Source: Octopus bimaculoides
Lineage: Eukaryota
DNA: 64,000 bases
Assembly (NCBI RefSeq): GCF_001194135.2
Contig: NC_068990.1
Coordinates: forward strand, 30,432,164-30,496,163
Direction: 5' to 3'
In this document: positions 30,101 through 43,901 of the stretch, in pieces
How positions within the stretch are numbered: position 1 is the first letter of the stretch
Layout: each line of letters begins with the position of its first letter
Notes under the pieces: generated by a model
The model's input: only the letters and a program-made list of their open reading frames with translations
What the model was told of the DNA's origin: nothing
Database searches by the model: none
Program-made: the position numbers and the translations under genes

Positions 30101-33100
30101 TGTATCCCAGTTTACCTCATAATATTCCTAAATCATTGTTGGATCTTCCAATAATTTTATATATCCACTCTGCAGACTTATCCCTCCAAAGTCTGTATGT
30201 TAAAACTGAGGTGGTTGCATGTCTAAGTGTATTATGAAGACTTCTGGAAGTTAAGGAAGAAAAAAATGGTAACAGACTAAGTATATGTAACTGAAGTTTT
30301 AATAAATTTAATTCCTATTTCTAAAAGCTGTGTTCCTGACTTTGGTATGTCACTTGTTTTGACTGAAGAATTTTGTTGTTTTAGGTTTGTAATGAACGGC
30401 ATCGTTTTGATACGTTGATGGAGTACTTTAGAAATTATGAAGAATTTCATATAGACTTCATGGTAAGTAGTTTTCTTATTTTCTTTTGCTCTCTCTCTGC
30501 TTTTATCTGTGTACCTATCTGTCTGTGAAGATGGTTAGGAAATTTGGCTCAGGATCGTAAAGTTGTGAGTTCGTTTCCCGGTGGTGTGTTGTGTCCTTGA
30601 GCAAGACACTTTATTTCATGTTGCTCCAGTCCACTCAGCTGGCAAATATTGAGTCATACTTGTTATTAAAATGTACCAGCTTTGTCACATTCAGCGTCAT
30701 GGTGAATCTCCCTGAGAACTACGTTGAGGGCACATGTGTCTGTGGAGTACTCAGCCACTTGCACATTAATTTTACAAGTAGGCTGTTCCATTGATTGGAT
30801 CAACCGGAACCCTTGTCTTTGTAACCGACTGAGTGCCAGTTTATCTATTTGCCAGCCAGCTATTGGAAGACTTATTAGAGCAGTGGATTGTATGTCTGGT
30901 GGTGTTCATTCCAGTTCACCGTACTCTGAGATCAACTTTAACATTCATCTTTTGGGAGGGTCAATAAAGAAAAAACCAGTCAGGTACTAGATCCAGTTCT
31001 TCTCTCTCTCCCAAATGTAAAGGTACATCTTTTCATATTGTCACATGCTGATTTGACCTTAGAATTGTGTTACTGGAGTACTCAGCTGTTTTGTGTTATT
31101 GTCATGAGTTGAGTAAGAACCAAGATAGGTGTACATTTGAATATTCTTTGCTGTTGAGACTAAGAAAATCCAGCATAGTTATCTTCCCCCAAACTTTTAC
31201 CCTTTGGAAATATCTGAATATAACCACATCAACCACTGAACTTGCAGAAGGACATGAATACAGCCTCCTTCTCTTAGGACTAAAATGTGGAAAATAGCAA
31301 ATATAAATAAATAGGGGTAGCTATGTATGACATCTGTTTCTGTCCCTTTAAGCATACTATGACCTTTCATCAACTGGCATAGAGCCACTTCCCTCTCATA
31401 CTATACCCCATCTCAGTTGAGGGGATCTTGTTTTGCAAGTTGTTGATCTCACTGGTGCTGGTACCATGTATAAATATCCCGTACACTCTGGAAAGTGGTT
31501 GGTGTTAGGCAGGGCGTCCAGCCATAGAAACCATGCCAAAATAGACATTGGCATTTGGTGCAGTCTTCTGGCTTGTCAGCTCCTGTTGAACTGTCCATGG
31601 AAACTGTTGAACTAACAACCTTAATATTCTGAGAAATATTAGCTTATAATTAAATTATCAAATATTTGCTAAAATGTATTTATTTCTATTGGATATAGAA
31701 TATCCTGTATGACATTCTGATTTAGATTTTTACTCTGTAATTTAGATTTTCACTCTAATTTAAATTTTTACATTTGATTTTAATATCTAAACTTTTGATT
31801 TTTCTCTTTTAGGTTGCTTGTATGCAGTTTGTGAATATAGTCGTACATTCTGTCGACAACATGAACTTCAGGGTCCATTTACAGCATGAGTTCACTCAAA
31901 TAGGAATGGATGACTATTTAGAGGTAACACCATTTATCTTATTCTTTTACAATTGTTTACTGTGTAGTTGTCGCAGCATGGTGCTTACTGTGGTGGATGG
32001 TATTTGTTGAAGATGTTTATGGTTAGCCAGACTGGGTCATTGACACTCTGTCTACTGCTATTGCCTGGGTACAAATAGTTAACCTTTTAGCTATTAGGTT
32101 AACATTTTATCTACTCAACCAACTGTGACATTCAGTTCCTCAAAGTTAATTGATTAGAATATAATGAAACTTTTTTCCTTTTTCATCTTGCTGGGTAAAT
32201 GGTGACTCCATTGGTGCTGATGCCACATGAAAAGCACCAGTGCTGGTGCTATGTAAAAAGCATTGATGCTGGTGCCATGTAAAAATTACTGGTGATGATG
32301 CCACATTAAAAGCACCCAGTACACTCTGCAAAATGGTTGGCATTAGGAAGGGCATCCAGCTGTAGAAACCATGCCAAAAACAGACAGTGGAGCTTAGTGT
32401 GGCTCCTGGCATTGCCAGCTCCTGTCAAACTGTCCAACCCATGCCAGCATGGAAAATGGATAATGATGATGATGATGATAATCAGTGTTTCTTAACACCA
32501 AGTACAAGAGAGGTAACAAAGGTTTTGCCCTTTCTATTGCAACTCTACAGAATGTGCTAGATGCATTTTCCAATGGCCCCAACATGAGAGAGGTTGAATA
32601 AAGGGACCTCTCAACCCTATGCATTCTGTGCTCATTTGCTGACCACTTTACATGGGTGCAGCATGTATTTTGTGGTATCAGTACTAGAATCCTATTACAG
32701 ACACAACATATGGTTACTTTATACAGTAGAAATGTCTAAACCCTGTCCAATATTTCCCCAAGTTCATGTGCTAAGTACAAGTGGAATTTTGTTTATTTGC
32801 AGAGATTAAAAAACACAGAAAGTGATCGGTTGGCTGTGCAGGTTCACGCCTACTTGGACAATATGATTGATGTAGCTCAACTGCTGGAGGATTCAGAAAC
32901 GAAAACAGATGCTTTGGAGAAAGTAGCTGAACTTGAAGAAGAGTTGTCTCATGTAAGTAACCGTTTCTTTGTTGATTCAATTTTTAGCTGATTATTATTC
33001 TACCATTTCTAATATGACAAGTATGGGTCATAAAAATTAATTTTGTGTGATAAATGACTCCCCACTTTCCTTATTGTATTTCCACTGAAATACAATAACT

Positions 33101-36100
33101 TCTTTTCAATTTTTGAAAATAATGAAGAATTTAGCAAAATAACTTTGTCATTATTACGCTGTTGTATAGCACATAGGTTAGCATAAAATTCTGTTGGAAG
33201 GTTTTAATTCAGATCATTTTAAAACGGGAAGTTTGTACCATTGAACTAGAGATAGTCTCAGACAGGTTGGTGTTGAAAGGGTCAAGAGAAACAAAAGTGT
33301 ACTCTGCACCGTTATGACCACTCTTCCTGGCTATCAACCATTTTCAGTAGCTGTTTTTGTTGTCTTCGTTTTGGTCAGTCCAGATCCTTTCACATCATCC
33401 AACTATGATGCTGTTTTCTTCTATTTGATATACTTTCACTTGGACTGTCTACATGATAAAACTTCAACTGTACCTTCTGTTATGTCCTTATGGGAACCAA
33501 CTAATGGAACCTATAACCAAAGTAGTTTAGTTTTCTGGTTATAATCTATGACTGCAGAACAAAATCCTGAATAGTCATTGTTCTGCTTTCACTAATTGGT
33601 GCTTTGGGTTAATTGGTCAGTTATTGTTGCTCTCTGTGGAAGTTGGAGTATTCCTTGCTGTCTTCTAAAACAGCTATTGTGCTGTTGCATCTCTTAACTA
33701 CGATGGCACCTGTTCTGGTTTGTGACTGTCTCAGTTTTAAACTGAGGTGTAAATTCTTGCTTCTCCAGTTCCTCATCAAAGTATTGTGTTTCTGCTCATT
33801 GTGACTTAAACTCCTGTTCCTGGACTATCTAAAAGTTGATTCCTTGATTGGAACAATGTACTAATCTCCTATCAGATGGAATCTATCAAAAAGGCTGTGA
33901 AAGATCTGAAAAGATCTTTGAGAAGGTGTGTAGAAATAGAACAAAGAAAGAATTCTAAGAATATATTCCAATTAGTAAGGAGTGTAGTAGTGGAATGGTC
34001 ACCTGTAGAAGACCTTGACATCAAAGACATTGATCTGAGAGAATCCGATTCCATCAAGTGCAAATAAACTCAAAACTGTGTAAAACTTTATTGTCTAAAA
34101 TAAGAATTATAGGTATTAAACTTTATTGTAAAGTTTCTGAATTATAAGAAGATAAACTGTGCTATAACAAAAGAATTATTTTTTAATATCTTTTTTTTAG
34201 ATGCATGAAAGATTACAAGAAGTTGAAGAAGAGGCCATGGCCAAAACAGGTGAGAGATGGCATTTTACATAATTATATTTTCAGATCATAAAACACAAAA
34301 ATTAAAATAAATATATATATTTTTTTAGTTTTTTGTTTCATTAAAAAATTTGCCCCAAAACAGTTTCATTTGTCACATTCTGTTTTATCAAGTCAGTGTT
34401 AATTAGATTCTACTCATTAATCTGTCTTCTGTATTCAATCTGTTTATAAATCCAGTATTTTTTGTATGATCTTATACCTGTTACTGTCTCCATATGTAGC
34501 TGATCATTCCAATATTCCAATGTTTACTGTATGTATATATAGTTACACAGTGGGTCTATACATTCTATATATTTATATAGTCATTGTGTACATTCTATAT
34601 AGTTTTATAGTTAGCTTGATCACTCTATATAGTTATATAGTAAGCATGTACAATCTATATATATTTACAATCAGTGTGTACATTCTGTTACATTATATAC
34701 ATTCTCTGTAGTCAATTTTTCTTATCCATGGGCTGTGACTGCTGAGGACATGTGTAGGCTTGAAAGAAATGAAGCTAGTATGCTCCACTGGATATGTAAT
34801 GTCAGTGTGCGTACACAGGAGTGTAAGTACCCTGAGAGAAAAAAGTTGGACATAAGGAGCATCAGATGTAGTGTGCAAGAGAGATGACTGCACTGGTATG
34901 GTCATGTGTTGCGTATGGTTGAGGACAGCTGTGTAAAGAAGTGTTACATCCTAGCAGTAAAGGGAACCTGTGGAATAGGTAAACCCAGGAAGACCTGGGA
35001 TGAGTTGGTGAAGCACAACCTTCGAACGTTGGGCCTCACAGAGGCAATGACAAATGACCAAAACCTTTGGAAATATGCTGTACTTGAGAAGACCTGGCTA
35101 ACCAGGGAAGAAGGTAGCCATGGCTGATGCCAGTTTCGCATAACCGGCCTGTTTAAAAGTACCCTTCAGTCATTGGGCAATGTGATATGCTTGAGAAGAC
35201 CTGTTGAGTCAAGTGAAATCATTGTTGTGACTGATGTCAGTGTTGCCTGACTGGCACCTGTGCTGGTGGCACGTAAAAAGCACCCACTACACTCTCAGAG
35301 TGGTTGGCATTAGGAAGGGCATCCAACTGTAGAAACATTTCCAGATCAGATTGGAGCCTGGTGCAGCCTTCTGGTTTGCCAGTCCTCAGTCAGATTGTCC
35401 AACCCATGGTAGCATGGAAAGCAGACATTAAACGATGATGATACAATCATGTAGTCAATGTTGACAACTAGTCTATATATATACAGTAATACAATCAGTG
35501 TTTATCCATCTCTCTCTCTCACACATAGTCATGAATTGATATCTAGTGAGTGGTGTTTACATGTTACTCAAAACTATTTTCCATCAATTTTTTTTCCAGT
35601 TGAGTTGGAGAAGCAGTTATCTGAAGCAAATGAAGACTTGCAAGAAATCAGGGTGAGTTTTCCCAAATGTTAAACGTTACAACTACCCACTCCCCACCAC
35701 CAGCCTCTCATTTCATTCTTTAAGAAGTGTGGATCTATTCGAGTGAGATTTCTATCTATCTAACAGGCATCCACTCTATTATTTCTGCCAATTTCATAGA
35801 GCTTTGGGCCACTGCAATGGTGCCTCATGATTGCAAAGTAGACTTTTTAACCAGTCGACCATGTCTATATTTGCATCTGTTTATACACACATCAATATCA
35901 TTATTCTTTTATTAACCTTAGAAGCAAGTGAAGACAGATGGAGAAATTGTAGCTCAATTGGATGTCTGAAATTTGGTTTGGATCTCCTGAGCCTGGTCCA
36001 CATTTCATTTTAAAGTTGACAGTCAAAAAAAAAAAAAAAAAAAGGAGGGGCTGGATTGTGTACAAGTGCCACATTTCATCACTCCCTGTTGTAGGTGTTG

Positions 36101-36342
36101 TATAATAATGATGATTGGCAAATATTTCCATGTTGTACCAAATAATATATCATAATAGCAATTATTATGTATTTCTGAGTCATTTTTCTTCTCATATCAA
36201 ATTGACAGAGTAGGGTTGACTTTATTCTCTGGGCAATGATAAATGTTCATAAATTTTATGCTTTGTGAATCTACTCAGTCAAAAGGGAACTAATTCTGTC
36301 TCTTCTGTGTGTGTGTCTATCTCTCTTTCATCTATCTATCTC

Positions 36343-36394
<52 letters not shown>

Positions 36395-36613
36395 TGTGTG
36401 TGTATAGTTGAAGAGTGGAATATATGATATTACATTTAATTCTTTAGCTCTGTGCATTTTAACACTACAAGGAATATACATTTCATGAATATGATTGTTA
36501 TGAATATAAATGAATTTGTAATATTACAACATATTAATGTTAACTGTGTGCATATCCTCAGTCAAAGGTTTGACTGAGGAACCAGCTTGGATTTATTAAT
36601 CCTGTCTTATCTG

Positions 36614-36647
<34 letters not shown>

Positions 36648-39600
36648 ATATACTTGGATGTACAAACAGAAGAATGTGTTGATTTTTATAGAAGCCTTCA
36701 TTCATTAATTTAAAGCTTCATTCCTCACCAATCTGAGTTTCCTACTGTTTGAAGAACACTCAAACAATAGAAAGCTTGAACTAGGAATGGAGTGTAAACA
36801 CAGACCCCCCCCCCCTCGGTTCAGTATGTATAGTACATAATGCTTTCTCTATTTCAGGAACTTGCTCGAATCCAAGAACATGAAATGAATACCTTACGAA
36901 AAGTAGTGAATGAAAAAGATGAGGAATCAAGGAAACGGCAAAGTCTTTTGGATGCTAAACTTCAAGAACTAGAACTGATTAAACAAAATCTCGAAGGTTT
37001 GTTTCCAAAGAGCAGTTTTTGTGTGATTCTATTTATTATTGGTTTTATTCCACAGACATGCACTACAATTATACAATAATGATAGAAAAATAGACCTTCT
37101 TTCTTGCCATAACTTTATTTTTCTCAGATATATCAATATAAGATGTAAATTGATAAATATTAAACTTAAACAAAAACATTTGTTTAGCTTTCTTTCCATT
37201 TAATGTCCCCCTTCCCCCACCGCAAAAAAAAAAAGTTTGTCATGTAGGCTTGACATAAAACTCTTTAGGTTCCACCAATTATTGCAAGTTGACACCTAAT
37301 GCTCAGAATTGATCCCTTCTTATTAGTCTTGGTTTAACCCTTCAGCATTTAAACCAACTAAAAATGTACATCATCAGAATCTGAAAGCTATCAGATAATG
37401 CATGACTAATTCCAAACAATGTCAATAAGGAAACATTACAATTGACTGAGGAATCTGAATGCTAAAGCATTAGGCTGAAAGTAGCTACAATTCTTCTTTG
37501 GTACCACACAATGTAAATCCAATAAATTGGTTGGTTATTTCATCTCTGCTGTTTTTCAAATTAGACTGTATTTTGATTAAGGGAGATTTGTGAAAGAATT
37601 CTGTTTGGTCATTTTGCAAAAAACTCTCTAGAATGCTTACTTTCCACACAATGACTAATTGTGTGGAATGTTATCAATCTCTGAACAGCTGCCATCACAT
37701 TGGTTCAATACCAATATTGTGACAGAACTGCTTGTTCTGTGGTTGTGGAAAATGGAAAGACCATTTAAATAGTGCTGTCTCCTACCACAATCTAATAAAG
37801 TAGGAAAGATGGTGTACTTTATATAACAGGCCTTTCTTTTAAATGTTCCAAAGAGGATAGTTCTATTTTAAATTATTAAGTTTTAATTAAATATGATTTT
37901 TAGTCTTTATCTCACAAATATTTTTTAACGCAATAACTACCGCTGTATTATTGTCATTCCATTATAAATGGTTTTCTGAAGTGTATTCAACTACAGCCTT
38001 AGGATGACCAATTCCTTTTCAGTGGAGTTGGTAGATGGAAACTGAGTTTGAATGAATGTTGTGTTCTGCTTATCCCCCATTAAAACCATTTGAGTAAACT
38101 GTCTTTGTTTACATTCTGCAGTAAACAAAACCTCCTGCAGTTTTTGTTGATTTGTCTCTTCTTTCAATGTGTGGTGATCCATGGGGAGAAAATACCTTAC
38201 TTGGAAACAGGTAAGAGTTGGCAACAGGGAATGCAACTGACTCAGTGTAACTCCTGCCAGAATGGTAAAACAGGCATAAAATTGATGATGATCATCACTT
38301 TTAGTTTTAGATAAGACTTAATGCCTGCTACGGGCAATATTTTTTGAGCTTTCAGTATCTTCTTTTTGATTCCCTGCAACTTGATTTTATGGTTGAATGG
38401 CTGGTACTAAAACTTTCTCTCAACCTTCTTATCCATCCATCCATGTGCATATGTTAAACATGTATATATATNNNNNNNNNNNNNNNNNNNNNNNNNNNNN
38501 NNNNNNNNNNNNNNNNNNNNNNNNNNNNNNNNNNNNNNNNNNNNNNNNNNNNNNNNNNNNNNNNNNNNNNNNNNNNNNNNNNNNNNNNNNNATATATATA
38601 TATATATATATATATAAATACCCACCTTCCTTTATATGTGTATATAACTCTTGGAAGCATTGATAAATTAATGTTAAAATGCTAATGAAATTTGTTGTAA
38701 TATTTTATAGAAACTATACAAAGTGAAGAGAATGTTTGTAGCCATTTCTGCTAATATTTAAATGTTCTTTTATTCATTTCTTACCCAGATTGTCATCTCA
38801 TTATTATTATTTCTGCAATGGCTGGTGATTAAAGGGACCAGACAACTGTTTGCTGTTTCTAGTGCAGACATTGTATTGTGTCCTTAGGCAAGATCTTTAA
38901 CACCTGTTGCTTTGATGCCCCTCATTCTCCTCTCATCTTGTAAGAACTGTTAACTGAAGGTTATTGTCATAAATCTCTGATCTCTTCTTGTCTGCTGCCT
39001 TATGTTGCAGGATCATACAATATTCATGGCTCTCCAAGCCATATAAAGCGTGTCCTTTCGGCTGACTGGGCTCAGGCCCGGGAACTTCAACATAGTAATC
39101 CTATATGTACTTGCAAATATAGCTGTGGTGGTAGGTGCTATTGGAATGACACCCTTCATCAAAGCTTTTCTTTCTCCCTCTCATGTTTTATCTCATCCTT
39201 AGTGTGTTGAATTGTTTCATTGTTTTTAGTAGTTGTTGATCCTCCCCATAGTAACTCTAGAGTCCCTTCTGATCCTTAGAGTTTCCTTCTACCCTCCTAG
39301 ATTGGTTTTGTGGGTTTGAGCCTGATTGGTAAATATAGACATCTAAACAAAGAACAAGATACAGGAATACAGAATTACTAAATTGGTATAAATTATTAAT
39401 TTAATTAAAAAATGAAAACCCCTCACATTGGTGAATAGAGAGAAAGAGATTTATTCACAATTTCAGTTAAGACTGAGGTAGTGAATATTTTTTCTTTTTC
39501 TCGTTATTCCATTTATATTAACCTTCATTTATTCTAATTGTATTTTATTATTTGATAAATTGGTTTAGACTATAAATATTATAAATAAATTAATTTCTTC

Positions 39601-40087
39601 TATTGTTGTTGTTGATGGTTAATTGTTCCAAACAACATTGCCTGGAAAGGTGTGATAGAATATTCGGTTGTATGCCAACCAAGTGTGTTGAGATCCATCC
39701 TCACCTGAAATCACATTGTTGACAGTTCATCATGCAGTGTTTGACTGCATCAAGTATTCTGTGAAACACTGTCACACACATCCATCTTCGTATCATGTTT
39801 TTAGATACCGAAGCAAAAACAAAAAAAAATTGAAGTAATTCAGGGTGTTTTGAGAGCCGGTCCCTTATTCTTTATTTAAACTTTTTTTTCTCTTGTTAAA
39901 AGATATTGATTTCTTTTATACGTTAAAAATTGTTGACTTCTTTAAAATTGTATATCTCTTGCTATATATACATTATATTATTTGCCTCAAGATGAAAAGA
40001 AAACATATTTAGATTTAACTTTATTTAGTTTATCTGAATAAATCCTTCAATTGCTTTATAATATTTGGAAGTGTGTTTGTGTTTATA

Positions 40088-40152
<65 letters not shown>

Positions 40153-40544
40153 ATGTATAATATAAGTTGTACAGTAATTTACATGTGTACATCATTTGAT
40201 AAACAGGCATTTAGTCTGACTGTGCAAAAAGACCCTGGGGTTACACCAGGCAGCTCTCTTTCTCTGTGAGAAGGGAGACATCTGAACATATCAACCATTA
40301 TTGTTTGTACTTTAAGCGTCTTCTTCAGGACTGGTTTTGCTTCATCTCGGCCATTTTCTCAGTGAGGCTAAAGGGACGTCTATTAAATGGATATCCAAGT
40401 AAATTTTTTTTGCAACAACTTACAACACACTGTCTCAGAACTTAACTGATGTGTGTCATCTACAGACATATACTAATATGCAAATGAGCAGAAAGCAGTG
40501 TTTTTCTCTATTACATTGTCCATAAGTGGCTGCAATCTACTGTC

Positions 40545-40599
<55 letters not shown>

Positions 40600-40746
40600 C
40601 AGATGAAGTTAATGTTTCTATTACGCCTGTAAAGACGGACAAAACTAGACAAGTTGTTCTTCAGGTTGTTCTGCTGCTGCTCTAACCACAGAGTTAAATG
40701 GTTCCAAAGCAAACTTCTTAGCTACTTAGTCATATGTGTGTGTGTG

Positions 40747-40794
<48 letters not shown>

Positions 40795-42461
40795 CACACG
40801 TGTGTATGTGTGTTTGTCTCTGCACATCTTCACTTTACCTTTGTATGACACCAGTGATAATTGTTGATGTTTCACAACTCAGTGGTTTGACCTGTGAACA
40901 CGAGCAAAATAAAGTACCTCACTTAAAAAAGCAAGAGTTGGCATCAAGAAGGACATCTGGCTGTAGAAATATTGCCTTAAGAAATCTTGTCCAACGCCTG
41001 CCAACATGGAAAAAGCAGTGTAAAATTTTATAGATATTTAAGATAGATATTTGAGGCAATGTAGTAAATCTTACAATTTCTACTGCAATTTATAGAAATA
41101 GTAAGAGAAATGAATACTTTTCTGGTGAAAGTTTCCATTAATAATGTAATAATAATAATAATCTATTTTTGAATCCCATATTATTCCTGATTCTGTTGTT
41201 GTAACCAATTAATTATCAACTTAATCTTTGGTTATATTTAACTATAGCCCATGTTAACAAGAACAACACCTTTGCTAATCGACAATTTTCTACAAATGGT
41301 AAAACTCCATATCTTACCTTTAGTTTTTCTTTTCAAGTTTGTTCTGAGAGATTTCCTTTTTCATAAGTTCAATGCATGTCGTTGTTTATATTCGATAAAC
41401 TAACATTGAAAAATTACTTAAAATTGTTGACATTTTTATTTTATAGTTTTACATTTTACCTTTTTTTTTTGTCTTATAATGTTTTCCTAAAACAAAGCTA
41501 TAATAATATAGTTTCCAATTGCTTTAGTTCAATATCCACCCCTATATTTATATATATTTTTTTGTCTTACTATAATTATAGTTTTCTTTGTGGGTTTCAG
41601 AGTTCTTTTTTTTTTATTTTGATTTTTTTCAATCAAGTCGACTCCGACTTAAGAGTTTGTAGTCCATTTTTTAAAATGTTGACGCATGTTTGGATAGCCT
41701 ATACTAAACCCATTTCGATGATCTCATCTGTTTCTGAGACATCTCTCCTGGTTTACTAAGGTCGTTTGCTTTAGACCTTCTTTTCAATGGGCTATCATTA
41801 ATGTTTAGCTGTCCACTACAGCTGCTCATCAAACTAAGCCGTCCCATGCTTCTAATCCAATAGGGGAGCCTTCAGAAGCTGTATTCCAACTGTGGTCTTC
41901 CCTTCAAGGTAAGTATCGGTCAAATAAGAGTCATGGTTTAATGAAGTACTTCTGCCTGAGTTTAGTCTTCAATGTTTCCACTCGGAAAAGTCATCTGAAT
42001 GTTGTACGTGTAAAATATTAAAACTTGTGAGTAGCTGCATATTCTTCTGGTTGAATGCAACAGAAAAAATATGCACGCCCCCCCCACACACTCTTCTATT
42101 TAAGTCATAACACAGGGCCATTCTATTAGGATTCTGTGTATGTTCTATATTCTTCATCACACCTCCCTATTCAATATCACCTTTTTGTCAGATGGATTGA
42201 TGAAAAAAATAAAAACCAAAAAAAAATTCATATCTGAGCACTCTGTCAGTTAGGACGACAACTGTTCCAGCTGATCGAATCAACTGTATATATAGCTGTA
42301 ACAAAAGCCATAACATTCGATCTGGCTTTTGAAAGGTGTTGGCTGTCTTTTTCTGTCGTGGCCCCTCGATTGGGAGTGAACTAGAGATTATCTTCACTCA
42401 CCCTCGCACATCTTCATCAACACACAGGCACTGACCTGTACCTGCTGCTTGTGCGCGCGCG

Positions 42462-42522
<61 letters not shown>

Positions 42523-43869
42523 GCACACACGCACGCATGCACTTGTGAAGCTACATACGTTTACATAAATATTTATTAATTAATATAACCTTCCTGGCTT
42601 ACAAGCTCCATCTTAACAACAGTTAATACCATTCATTTGATCTACCCTTTGGATCTGATTAGAGAGGGTCCAGGCTGTTGGCTGATCCAAGAAGGACCCT
42701 AATCATAAATTATCTGTTACAAGGGTTACCTAATCTAAGATAGAGGTAACTGTGAACTTAGAGAAATGGAAAAATACACACACACACGTTGATAGACAGA
42801 CAGACCTTTCAACAGTTGTACTCCAAGACATACATTTCCTTGTTATACAACAAATGCATATATAAATATTGCATGTGTTAATGTTATATTTGTGTAAGAA
42901 GACCTTAATTACAAGTACTTCATTAGATGTGTCTCTATTGACCATTTAGTCTAGACAACCGTCTCGGTGTTGTGACAGAAATTATTGTGAAGCACCACAA
43001 TTCTTTGATATTCTTTGTAGTAATTTTTCCTGTCTTTTTTTTCTTATTTTATTGTTGTAATTGTCATATCACTTGTGTAAATTGTGTTTTCTGTTTTATT
43101 CAGTTTTGTTGTCTGGTTTTTGTCAGTCTTAAAAAGATTTTTTTTTTCATTTATTTAAAAAGTGAATCTGTAAGAAATGAGAGCATATATATATTTAAGG
43201 CTTCTGACCCTTCTGGAGTCCCTTCCTTCAGTTCTGGATCCCCCCCCCCCTGTTTCCTAATGGATAGTTAATTTAAGCTCTGCTTAACATTAATTACTGG
43301 AAGATAACTGTGACAGAAATGTAGCCAATCCAATCATTTGGGGGCCACACCCATACTTTGCATCTCGAAACCAGTAAAATACCAGAAAATAGTCAAAAAT
43401 GGCTAAACATCTTGTTGTATGGGGTATCTGTACACCCCACCCTGTGATTAGCTAAGTGAACTATACAAGTTAGTATAAATGAGCATGCACAGAACAGTCT
43501 GGGAAGAGTGTCATATGCGCAGTCATAGTGTAGAGGTCCTAGGAATTATTGAAGAGATATCGTGAAGTGCTTGTTGAAGATACACAGTTCGAAGAGTAAT
43601 AAGAGAACATCAGGAACATTTGATATTATAACAGTGACGACGAGAAGTCGTACGTCATATCACATCTGTTTTTTTTATTAGTTATTATCAACAGATGTTT
43701 GATCTTAGTTATTGTACAGTGGTTAGGAAGTTAAAGTGCAAGATTATTGTAGGTTCATGGGTTCAAATCCTGCTCTAACCATTGGGTTGTACCTCTTATA
43801 TCAAGTATATTTACTCTGGATTTTTAGTTTGTTTCATTATATTCATAATATCACTGCTGCTGCTACTAT

Positions 43870-43901
<32 letters not shown>

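Noticed and set aside
42971-43700. Possible solo LTR (TGTGACAGAAAT at 42971 and 43309, TATA-like tagtataaat)
   Set aside because: No second LTR, PBS/PPT or TSD identified; insufficient support.
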